DNA from: an uncultured virus (IMG/VR IMGVR_UViG_3300027212_000008)
Lineage: Duplodnaviria; Heunggongvirae; Uroviricota; Caudoviricetes; Crassvirales
Virus record (IMG/VR): IMGVR_UViG_3300027212_000008
Length of the DNA stretch: 20,000 nucleotides
Direction: 5' to 3' (one strand)
Shown: one piece after another, positions 8,174-15,837 of the stretch
Layout: every line of letters starts with the position of its first letter
Position numbering within the stretch: position 1 is the first letter of the stretch
Position numbers and translations under genes: made by a program
Notes under the pieces: model-generated
Databases searched by the model: none
What the model saw: only the letters and a program-made list of their open reading frames with translations
What the model was told of the DNA's origin: nothing

Positions 8174-9004
8174 ATGAGTTTACTTCCTCAAATATCTTTA
8201 TCATTAGGAAACAAATGTAACACTGTAACCATTGAAGAGTTAACAGGTTTATTTGTAACTGATACCAACATAGGAGGTTGGGGAGGCCCTAATATTGATA
8301 CTAGTGTTATAACTTATGCAGCAGTTAATGTATTTCCTTACACAGGAAGTGTTATTTCAGCATCGGGCACAGGAGAAATCACAGGAACTCTATTTACAGA
8401 CACTACTCATATTTCAGGATTATTTCAAATAGGACAACAACTTATTGGTACGGGAGTTCTACCTGGAACTACTATCATAGCAGTTATTACAGGCACAGGA
8501 AATAACAACGGAGGAACTTATATTGTAAACTACTCTCAAACAGTATTACCAACTACTATCGCAGGTATACCTGTATTAGCTTCTTATCCATTATTTGATG
8601 GTACAGTTGACGTATTCTCAGGATTACCTTCTGCACCAACTCCATCACCTTTTATAGCACTTCAAGACCAACCTTGGTCTAACGTTGACGGAATTTATGA
8701 AATTGTTTATACAGTCACAGACGGTGTAGATGTTTATACTAATGAAACTCAACATGAATTGTTCATTTGTAATTTATGTAATTGCAAAGATAGTTTAGTA
8801 ATTAAACTTATTGATGCTTGTTCTACTATCGCTGTTAAAGCTTTAAAAGAACAAGTTGATCAAATGGAAGTATTTATTTACGGAATCCAATCAGCATTCA
8901 GCTGTGGGGATTTTGATACTGCTGAGAATATTATCACAGCAGCAACTAATTATTGTACAACAATATCTAACTGCAGCGGTTGTGGCTGTGGAGGAAATTG
9001 CTAA
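8174..9004 (+). CDS. Putative tail hub / fibre-docking protein, Cys-rich C-terminus
   Basis: 276 aa; beta-rich N-terminal part (DGIYEIVYTV), helical C-terminal part with many Cys. Position matches crAss tail hub genes. Confidence 0.55.
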   Translation: MSLLPQISLSLGNKCNTVTIEELTGLFVTDTNIGGWGGPNIDTSVITYAAVNVFPYTGSVISASGTGEITGTLFTDTTHISGLFQIGQQLIGTGVLPGTTIIAVITGTGNNNGGTYIVNYSQTVLPTTIAGIPVLASYPLFDGTVDVFSGLPSAPTPSPFIALQDQPWSNVDGIYEIVYTVTDGVDVYTNETQHELFICNLCNCKDSLVIKLIDACSTIAVKALKEQVDQMEVFIYGIQSAFSCGDFDTAENIITAATNYCTTISNCSGCGCGGNC

Positions 9005-9016
9005 AAATTATAAATT

Positions 9017-9547
9017 ATGGGTGGATGTAAAGATTGTAAAGGTATAACACTTTTTAAAGGAGCTGACGGACGAGGTATTGTTTCTATTACAGATAATGGA
9101 GACGGTACTTTAACTGTGCTTTATACAGATGGGACTATTTATATTACTCCTGATTTTACAGGTCCACAAGGAATCCAAGGAATCCAAGGATTACCAGGAA
9201 CTAATGGTACTAATGGTACAAACGGAACCAATGGTACTAATGGGGTAGATGCTCCTGTTCAAGTTGTAGATATTGGTGTGTGGGATATGGATATTACAGA
9301 CTCTGTAACTGTTCCACATGGATTGACTCTTTTAAGTATTAGAGCTGTTGACGCATTAATTTATGATACTGATGGCAACTTTAAATATAGATTAGATTAT
9401 CTTGATGGTGCAAATGTACAAGCAGGATCGGTAGGCGCTATAAATAGTACTACGGTAGAATTACGCAGACTACGAGGAGGATTTTTTGATTCTATTAATT
9501 TTTCAGGAATAGGTAATAGAGGTTACCTAGTAATTAGATACGTATAA
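9017..9547 (+). CDS. Short collagen-like fibre protein
   Basis: N-terminal CxxC, GADGRGIVSITDNGDGTLTV linker motif, 10 Gly-X-Y triplets, beta-rich C-terminal tip. Confidence 0.75.
   Translation: MGGCKDCKGITLFKGADGRGIVSITDNGDGTLTVLYTDGTIYITPDFTGPQGIQGIQGLPGTNGTNGTNGTNGTNGVDAPVQVVDIGVWDMDITDSVTVPHGLTLLSIRAVDALIYDTDGNFKYRLDYLDGANVQAGSVGAINSTTVELRRLRGGFFDSINFSGIGNRGYLVIRYV
9161..9250 (+). repeat. Collagen Gly-X-Y repeat (GPQ GIQ GIQ GLP (GTN)x5 GVD)
   Basis: 9-nt tandem units caaggaatc and ggtactaat are visible in the DNA. Confidence 0.9.
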
Positions 9548-9567
9548 CTTTACTATTATAGATTTTA

Positions 9568-9849
9568 ATGTGCACTCCTACTTACATAGAAATTACAGAA
9601 GATATTAATCCAGATATTTTATGCTTCTTTAAATTAGTTTGGCAAGAACAATGTGATTTTGCTCAATGCGTTTATAACTATGTACAATTATTACAATTTG
9701 GGGCAGCACCTTGCGATGCCTTAGACGAACTAATGAATAAAAGAAGAGCTCTAGAAATTCTTAACTGCTATGATGTTAGAGATATTCCTGATAATACTAC
9801 AGATTATAATATCTTAACTTACGCACAAATTAAAAAATTATTAAATTAA
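9568..9849 (+). CDS. Small helical Cys-rich virion protein (possible second tail hub subunit)
   Basis: 93 aa, six Cys, in the hub/fibre cluster. Function inferred from position only. Confidence 0.45.
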   Translation: MCTPTYIEITEDINPDILCFFKLVWQEQCDFAQCVYNYVQLLQFGAAPCDALDELMNKRRALEILNCYDVRDIPDNTTDYNILTYAQIKKLLN

Positions 9850-9854
9850 CTACT

Positions 9855-10379
9855 ATGATAACTTACGAAATAAAAATACCAATTACTGCAGATATTAGAG
9901 AAATCTTCTTTAATAGAAATACTAATAAATTATCCTATAAAAACGATTTAGGAATTATTTTTCCTTTAGATCCTGTAGCAACAAGTACTCCTACATTACA
10001 ACAAGTATTAACTGCAGGTAAAACATTAACAAATGATGCTAACTTTCAAGGAATAAATGCAGGTTTAAATAATACAGGAGTGCATATAGTAGGATTAGGA
10101 GAAAGTGCTGGTAGTGATAATACAGGTTCCTCTAATGTATTTTTAGGATGGGCAGCAGGAGCTTCTAATACAGGAAGTAATGTAGTTTCTTTAGGACTTT
10201 TTGCAGGAATAGGTAATACTCAATCAAGTAGATTTATAGTAGCTAACACAGAGATGCCCACTTTTGCTAACCATGCTGCAGCTGCTTTAGCAATTACTGT
10301 TCCTTTAGGAGCAAGTGCTGGAAGCACGTACATGTATCACAATCAGGCTACCAACAGTATAGGAGCAGTTAGATTATAA
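9855..10379 (+). CDS. Fibre/adhesin-like protein with beta-roll repeats
   Basis: TPTLQQVLTAG motif, then four ~16-aa repeats G-x-x-AG-x-x-NT(G/Q) resembling YadA-head-type beta-rolls. Confidence 0.6.
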   Translation: MITYEIKIPITADIREIFFNRNTNKLSYKNDLGIIFPLDPVATSTPTLQQVLTAGKTLTNDANFQGINAGLNNTGVHIVGLGESAGSDNTGSSNVFLGWAAGASNTGSNVVSLGLFAGIGNTQSSRFIVANTEMPTFANHAAAALAITVPLGASAGSTYMYHNQATNSIGAVRL

Positions 10380-10405
10380 TTATTAAATAATTAATAAACA
10401 ATATT

Positions 10406-10756
10406 ATGTCACAAAGAGAAGTAGCCATAACAGGTGGTCCTAGTAATACCAAAGCAATGGTAACTGGGCAAGAAGAGTTATTAGTTAAAGTTAATGCTTT
10501 AACTCTAACAGGATCTAACCTAGACGCAAAAACAAGAACTTCTAATATTCTTAGAACTACTACTACTGGAACAATTGCTGCAGGAGCTTATAGTGTTTCT
10601 TTTGCAAACACTAACACAGTAAATGCTACCGTTAAAACTGTTATTTTAAAACCAGGAGAAACTATTAATTTTGATGCAGGAGCTATGAACAATACCTTAG
10701 ATGCTATTCCTTATGTAGCAACAGGTACTGAGTTACTTATTATTTCTATTACATAA
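10406..10756 (+). CDS. Small beta-sandwich structural protein
   Basis: 116 aa, Thr-rich and beta-rich (ILKPGETINFDAG), within the fibre cluster. Confidence 0.5.
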   Translation: MSQREVAITGGPSNTKAMVTGQEELLVKVNALTLTGSNLDAKTRTSNILRTTTTGTIAAGAYSVSFANTNTVNATVKTVILKPGETINFDAGAMNNTLDAIPYVATGTELLIISIT

Positions 10757-10758
10757 TA

Positions 10759-11310
10759 ATGTCTACACATATAGACATATCTCCTAACTCATTTGGGTAT
10801 TTAACTAGACTATATAGTCAGACTAATTCTAGTACTCCTATAACTGCTACCGTATCTGAACTATCATTATTAGATGGTGGAGTTGGTAGTAAGGTAATTC
10901 CTGCTAATGGATTCCAAGTAGGAGATAGTTTTAGAGCTGTACTTATTGGACACATATCTTCAGCTAATAATGAAACATTAAGAATTAGAGTTAAGGCTGG
11001 TAGTATAGTTTTAGCAGATACCTTAGCTATGACGCTTCCTGCTACCGCTTCTAAACATTGGAAATTAGAAATAGATTTTACAATTAGAACTATTGGAGCA
11101 GCAGGAGTAGCATCTATTGCTTCAGGAGGAATGTTTACTTATTCTAAAACAGCAAGTGCTGCATTTGAAGGAGTAGGGTTTAGTGGTATTAATAATACAA
11201 CTTTTGATACTACTATTTCTAATGAATTATTTGTAACAGGACAATGGGGTAGTACCAATTCTACTAATTCTATATTCTCAGAAATATTTACTTTAACAAA
11301 AACTTACTAA
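10759..11310 (+). CDS. Beta-sandwich fibre-tip/decoration protein
   Basis: 183 aa; IPANGFQVGDSFR, WKLEIDFTIRT and FDTTISNELFVTGQW resemble phage fibre tip domains. Confidence 0.55.
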   Translation: MSTHIDISPNSFGYLTRLYSQTNSSTPITATVSELSLLDGGVGSKVIPANGFQVGDSFRAVLIGHISSANNETLRIRVKAGSIVLADTLAMTLPATASKHWKLEIDFTIRTIGAAGVASIASGGMFTYSKTASAAFEGVGFSGINNTTFDTTISNELFVTGQWGSTNSTNSIFSEIFTLTKTY

Positions 11311-12317
11311 TGAGTACACAAATTCAGATAACTCCTGCTTCAGGTTTAACGATAGGAACTACTGCTATTACTTCGGGAACAGTAGGGAGAATTTTGTTTG
11401 ATGGAACTGGTAGTGTAGTTCAAGAAGATTCAAACTTATTTTGGGATAACACAAATAAACGTTTAGGAATTGGTGCAACTCCTTCAACTTCTGTAAGGTT
11501 AGATGTAAGGTCGCAAGGTGCGTTATCAACTGATATAGCTTTTAGAGTTAGGAATAGTGCGGACACAAAAAATCTTATAACCGTTAGAGGAGACAAAACG
11601 ATTGAATTAATAGCCGATACACCTGCAACAAATGGAGGTATTTCTATCACGTCAAGTGCATACAATGAGCCTATAATAAATATGTATGACTCTTTTGCAA
11701 ATAAAAAATTAATCATAGACACTTCCAACGCATTAATAAATTTAGGCGGAAATGGGAATATTAAAATTGGCTCATTAACCACAGCAAATAGTTATTTAGG
11801 ATTAGTTACTCCAACAACAAATAACAGATTTCTTAAGCTTGTTGATAATTTTGCCAATGAATATTTATCTTTGGGTGGAAATGCTTATGATGGTACGGGT
11901 GGAATTTCTCTAACTTTAAAAACCACTACAAACACTGGGGCTACTTTTGTAACATTCTCAAAATCCGACAACACTAATAAAGTTGTAATAACCGACCAAG
12001 CAAATGTTGGAATAGGTCAAGCAACATTCGGAACATCCTCAAAGTTTGTTTTAGCAATTGCAAATGGAACAGCCCCAACAACTTCACCAGCTGATGCTTT
12101 TCAACAATACTCAGCTGACATCGTAGCAGGAAACGCTGCCCCCCACTTTATGACTGAAAATGGAGGAATAATTAAACTTTATCAACAAGCAACGGGAGGT
12201 ACAGCTTCTACCTTTGTTGCAAACACATCATTAATAGCAAATGACACAGCAACATTTGATGGCTATACAATAGGTCAAGTAGTAAAAGCATTAAGAAATT
12301 TAGGTATTTTAGCATAA
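11310..12317 (+). CDS. Fibre protein (tail or head fibre)
   Basis: 335 aa; LFWDNTNKRLGIG and NVGIG trimeric beta-fibre motifs. C-terminal VVKALRNLGILA helix. Confidence 0.7.
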   Translation: MSTQIQITPASGLTIGTTAITSGTVGRILFDGTGSVVQEDSNLFWDNTNKRLGIGATPSTSVRLDVRSQGALSTDIAFRVRNSADTKNLITVRGDKTIELIADTPATNGGISITSSAYNEPIINMYDSFANKKLIIDTSNALINLGGNGNIKIGSLTTANSYLGLVTPTTNNRFLKLVDNFANEYLSLGGNAYDGTGGISLTLKTTTNTGATFVTFSKSDNTNKVVITDQANVGIGQATFGTSSKFVLAIANGTAPTTSPADAFQQYSADIVAGNAAPHFMTENGGIIKLYQQATGGTASTFVANTSLIANDTATFDGYTIGQVVKALRNLGILA

Positions 12318-12329
12318 AAAAACATAATT

Positions 12330-12641
12330 ATGGCAATTTTAATTAAAGCAAACAAAGAAAAGAGTATTACAATTTTAGGTACTGAATTGAATTTAGAAAG
12401 CATCTATGCACGACTTGAATTCGCAGCGAGAGCAGATGGTAAAACGCTTGAAATCTCAGTAGCTACATACGCAAGTAGAGCAACTTTTGAAAGTAATCAA
12501 CCTATCTTTACAGATGTTCAACAAGGTAATTTTATAGTTGAGATTTTACCAACTGAATTGCAAGATATTAATGCAGCTAATAAATACGCAAGTTTAGCTT
12601 ATGAGCAAATGGGTTATTCAACTGAGATAATACCCGTATAA
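12330..12641 (+). CDS. Hypothetical protein, possible fibre-associated chaperone
   Basis: 103 aa directly after the fibre gene, with an A-rich leader. Confidence 0.5.
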   Translation: MAILIKANKEKSITILGTELNLESIYARLEFAARADGKTLEISVATYASRATFESNQPIFTDVQQGNFIVEILPTELQDINAANKYASLAYEQMGYSTEIIPV

Positions 12642-12643
12642 AA

Positions 12644-13081
12644 ATGAGAAAGACAGTTTATGTACTGGCACTAATTACTTTAATTATCTCTTGTACTCCA
12701 CAGAGAAGACTAGAAAGATTGCTCAGAAAACACCCTGAGCTTACTTCTGTTGACTCTATTACTATTCATGATACTATTAGAGTAATAGTTCCTGAAGTAC
12801 ACTTAGATACCGTTGTAACACTACAACAGTTATATGATACAGTTTACTTAGAGCAAGAACAACTTAAAGTAAAAGTATGGATGGATAGATATAATAAGGT
12901 TTACATCCAAGGTAAGTGTGATACCGTGTACATTGATAAGATAGTTACAAGAAAGATTCCAATAAGAATATATGAGAAGACTCCGCTATGGAAAAAGATT
13001 ATCAATTGGATTTTTGTATTTTTACTAATTATAACTGTTATCTATACCTTATATAAGGTGGCTAAGTCTAAACTATTTTAA
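12644..13081 (+). CDS. Putative unimolecular spanin (lipoprotein with C-terminal TM)
   Basis: Signal II with lipobox IISC (Cys17), beta-rich middle, C-terminal TM IINWIFVFLLIITVIYTLY followed by a basic tail. Adjacent to holin. Confidence 0.65.
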   Translation: MRKTVYVLALITLIISCTPQRRLERLLRKHPELTSVDSITIHDTIRVIVPEVHLDTVVTLQQLYDTVYLEQEQLKVKVWMDRYNKVYIQGKCDTVYIDKIVTRKIPIRIYEKTPLWKKIINWIFVFLLIITVIYTLYKVAKSKLF

Positions 13082-13082
13082 A

Positions 13083-13529
13083 ATGAAAACTATTATCTCT
13101 ACCCATATAATGACTATTTTGAAAACACTACTTTTATTTTTTGCGCCTATTAATGGAATTATAATACTTGTTATATTATCAATCTTGATAGACACAGGGT
13201 TTGGTGTTTGGAGAGCATATAAGACAGGACAAGATGTTTCGTCTAAAATATTTAGACATGGATTAATTCCTAAAATGATTTCTTATGTAGTTGCTATAAT
13301 GTTAGTTTATGCTGCGGACTTTCTTTTGATAAATGTTATTACACATTCTGTTATAAGTATAGACTTCTTATTTACAAAAGTAATTGCACTTGTTCTTCTT
13401 TCTATTGAAGTAAAAAGTATAGATGAAAATTTTACTGCTGTAAAAGGATATTCTTTTCTTAAGAAGGTTATTGACTTAGTAATGAAAGCTAAAAACATAA
13501 AAAAGAACTTAAATGAGCTTAACCCATAA
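13083..13529 (+). CDS. Phage holin (Phage_holin_4_1-like)
   Basis: Three to four hydrophobic segments; LIDTGFGVWRA, SSKIFRHG and EVKSIDEN motifs; basic C-terminus. Confidence 0.8.
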   Translation: MKTIISTHIMTILKTLLLFFAPINGIIILVILSILIDTGFGVWRAYKTGQDVSSKIFRHGLIPKMISYVVAIMLVYAADFLLINVITHSVISIDFLFTKVIALVLLSIEVKSIDENFTAVKGYSFLKKVIDLVMKAKNIKKNLNELNP

Positions 13530-13542
13530 TTCTTCAAGTATA

Positions 13543-13719
13543 ATGGATACATTCTTATCTAAATTAAAAGAGCAATCTTTTATTATTATACTAATGCTTG
13601 GGGGATTATACTACCAGAACAAACTATTTGAAGAGCAAATAGAAATAATGCGTAATAGGGAAGCATACTTAATTCAACAGAGAGATAAGTATGTAGAAGA
13701 TATAATTAATAATAAATAA
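13543..13719 (+). CDS. Small single-TM coiled-coil protein (holin/antiholin-like)
   Basis: In-frame ATG at 13543 avoids overlap (alternative start 13513). TM FIIILMLGGLYY then coiled coil. Lies between holin and endolysin. Confidence 0.5.
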   Translation: MDTFLSKLKEQSFIIILMLGGLYYQNKLFEEQIEIMRNREAYLIQQRDKYVEDIINNK

Positions 13720-14238
13720 ATGAGTTATAGTTTTTTAAATACAGAAAAATCTCCAAAGATTCTTGTTCAAGCAGTTAAGCTTATGGGAACAAAAGAGGTT
13801 GTAGGTAAAGTACATAATCCAGTTATTATGGGTTGGGCTAAACTCCTTGAACTTCAAAAAGTTTATACTTCAGATGAAATTCCTTGGTGTGGATTATTTA
13901 TTGCTCACTGTGCTGATGTAGCAGGATTAGAAGTAATAGACAAACCATTATGGGCTTTATCATGGGCTAAATGGGGAACTAAAGTTACTGAACCTATGTT
14001 AGGTGATATTCTTACATTTAAAAGAGATGGTGGTGGTCACGTTGGAATCTATGTAGGAGAAGATGAAGCTTGTTATCACGTTCTTGGTGGTAATCAAGGA
14101 AATGCAGTATCAGTAACAAGAATTGTTAAATCAAGATTGTATCAAGCAAGAAGAACTACATGGAAAGTTGCTCAACCTGCAAATGTCCGTAAAGTATATT
14201 TAGATGCTAAAGGTATTGTCAGTAAAAATGAAGCATAA
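13720..14238 (+). CDS. Endolysin, TIGR02594 family (NlpC/P60/CHAP-like peptidase)
   Basis: DEIPWCGLF (catalytic Cys), GDILTFKRDGGGHVGIY (His), VLGGNQGN. Confidence 0.85.
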   Translation: MSYSFLNTEKSPKILVQAVKLMGTKEVVGKVHNPVIMGWAKLLELQKVYTSDEIPWCGLFIAHCADVAGLEVIDKPLWALSWAKWGTKVTEPMLGDILTFKRDGGGHVGIYVGEDEACYHVLGGNQGNAVSVTRIVKSRLYQARRTTWKVAQPANVRKVYLDAKGIVSKNEA

Positions 14239-14396
14239 TGAAAATAAGAAACTCTTGGAAATCACGGAATAAACAATGGGATAAGTTTGCCATTAGATGT
14301 AGATTAGGTGCTGTAGATGTATTTACTGTAGAAATAGATATCTCTAGAGAGTTCTACATGATAACAGTGCTAAACTTTACTATTAAAAATAGATAA
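14238..14396 (+). CDS. Hypothetical 52-aa protein (not in ORF track)
   Basis: TAATG coupling to the endolysin stop. MKIRNSWKSRNKQWDKFAIRCRLGAVDVFTVEIDISREFYMITVLNFTIKNR. Confidence 0.65.
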   Translation: MKIRNSWKSRNKQWDKFAIRCRLGAVDVFTVEIDISREFYMITVLNFTIKNR

Positions 14397-14398
14397 TT

Positions 14399-14539
14399 AT
14401 GGCTAAGATTTCTAATTCTGACACAGGAAAACAAGTTACTTCTAAAGTAAGTAGACCAGGAATACATGCTAAAAGCAGAAGTTCTAAGTTAAAAAGCTCT
14501 AAGAATTATAAAAAAGCTTACGCAGGACAAGGTAGATAA
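14399..14539 (+). CDS. Small basic 46-aa protein ending YAGQGR (not in ORF track)
   Basis: MAKISNSDTGKQVTSKVSRPGIHAKSRSSKLKSSKNYKKAYAGQGR. Fills the gap exactly, 2 nt after the previous stop. Confidence 0.75.
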   Translation: MAKISNSDTGKQVTSKVSRPGIHAKSRSSKLKSSKNYKKAYAGQGR

Positions 14540-14554
14540 TTAATAAAATAATCG

Positions 14555-14562
14555 TATATTTG
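14555..14562 (+). promoter_or_regulatory. Bacteroidota sigma-A -7 element TATATTTG
   Basis: Perfect TAnnTTTG match in a 28-nt intergenic gap, 5 nt before the ATG at 14568. No clear -33 TTTG. Confidence 0.6.
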
Positions 14563-14567
14563 CTATT

Positions 14568-15308
14568 ATGTTATCATTACAAGATTTACAGGCACAATTA
14601 GATGAAGCTCTTGCGATTAACTCCATAGAGTCATCTTACTCGTATGAGTTCTATACAGACTTAATTAACGAGCAAAGATCTCTATGGCTAAGAAATGAAT
14701 ATAATAAAAACAGAAGCATTGATCCTTATATTATTCAGGATCTAAATTGCCTAGAACTAGAACCTGTTAGTCCTATTGATTGTTGCATAACAGTTCCTAC
14801 GGGATGTCAAGTACTACGAACTAAAAAGAAAATACCTAATACTATAGAATTCTTTTTTACTAAAGGAATAGTTTCAGTGGGCTCCGCAGATATAATGCAA
14901 CCTAGATTTTTACTAATAGATTATTCTAGAGTGCCTTACGTAGGCAACGGAAGAACAACTAAGAATTCTGTATATGCTTTTCTATATGGAGGCTATATGT
15001 ATGTTACTAGTAAGAATCCTAGTAATATGATGCTTAAATATATTACAGTTAGAGGAATTTTTGAAGACCCAACATCTTTAGGAGATTTCTTAAATTGCGA
15101 AACTAATCATAGTTGTTGGTTACCAACAGACCCTTATCCTATTAATCAATGGATGTGGGCATATATTAAACCTTACATATTACAACAGTTGATTCAAAAA
15201 GGAGGTTTCCCTTATGATAATGCTAATAATGCACAAGACCAAAGAACAGATTCTCCAGGCCAAGGAGGCGGAGGAGCACCACAACAACAACAAAGTGGAG
15301 GACAGTAA
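14568..15308 (+). CDS. Tail ring protein (R2-type)
   Basis: 246 aa; QDLNCLELEPV, LRTKKKIP, ITVRGIFEDP and DPYPI motifs; upstream of the IHF-like gene as in crAss-like phages. Confidence 0.7.
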   Translation: MLSLQDLQAQLDEALAINSIESSYSYEFYTDLINEQRSLWLRNEYNKNRSIDPYIIQDLNCLELEPVSPIDCCITVPTGCQVLRTKKKIPNTIEFFFTKGIVSVGSADIMQPRFLLIDYSRVPYVGNGRTTKNSVYAFLYGGYMYVTSKNPSNMMLKYITVRGIFEDPTSLGDFLNCETNHSCWLPTDPYPINQWMWAYIKPYILQQLIQKGGFPYDNANNAQDQRTDSPGQGGGGAPQQQQSGGQ

Positions 15309-15837
15309 TAATTATTTAAAAAGAGGTAAAGGAAAACTTGCAGGAGGAATTAAGAAAGCTGCTTTTTTTTCATTTTATCAAAAGAATGCCAAAGAAACAT
15401 TAGTAGATAAACCTGCTTATAATGCTTTTGTAAAAGATTTATTAGAAACTTACAGCACAGCAGTTGTAGAAACAGGTTTAGAATTAAAGATTACTAAAGT
15501 AGGAAAATTAAGAATACGCAGTAGCCATCTTAATTTTTTTAAAGTTAATGGAGAAAGATCTAAAAGTCTTAAACCTAATTGGCAAGCAACTTGGGAATTC
15601 TGGCATGTTAAATATCCAGGATTAACTAGAGATGAGATTGTAAATACAACTAATAAGAGAGTTATATATCACGAGAACGATCATACAGACCAAGAGTTTT
15701 ATGAGCATTATTGGGATAAGGTAACTGCTAATTTAAAATTTAAAAGTTTTTATACTTTCAAAGCTTCTAGACAATATTCTAGATTAATAGCTAAGATAGT
15801 AAAAGACCCAAACCGTAAAGTATTTTATTATGGATAA
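15295..15837 (+). CDS. IHF/HU-like DNA-binding protein, crAss type
   Basis: Helix then GLELKITKVGKLRI beta strands, extended arm with PNWQAT and YHENDHT, closing YTFKASR helix. GTG at 15295 after an A-rich leader is preferred to ATG 15214. Confidence 0.7.
   Translation: MEDSNNYLKRGKGKLAGGIKKAAFFSFYQKNAKETLVDKPAYNAFVKDLLETYSTAVVETGLELKITKVGKLRIRSSHLNFFKVNGERSKSLKPNWQATWEFWHVKYPGLTRDEIVNTTNKRVIYHENDHTDQEFYEHYWDKVTANLKFKSFYTFKASRQYSRLIAKIVKDPNRKVFYYG

Noticed and set aside
9002..9019. Read-through fusion of hub and collagen fibre (same frame)
   Set aside because: Two TAA codons separate them, and the second gene has its own A/T-rich leader and ATG.
8856..9047. 63-aa plus-strand ORF overlapping the hub and collagen genes
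   Set aside because: Alternate-frame overlap of two better-supported genes, with no supporting features.
9017..12641. Diversity-generating retroelement or invertible fibre cassette
   Set aside because: No template/variable repeat pair, reverse transcriptase, recombinase or inverted fibre segments seen in this window.
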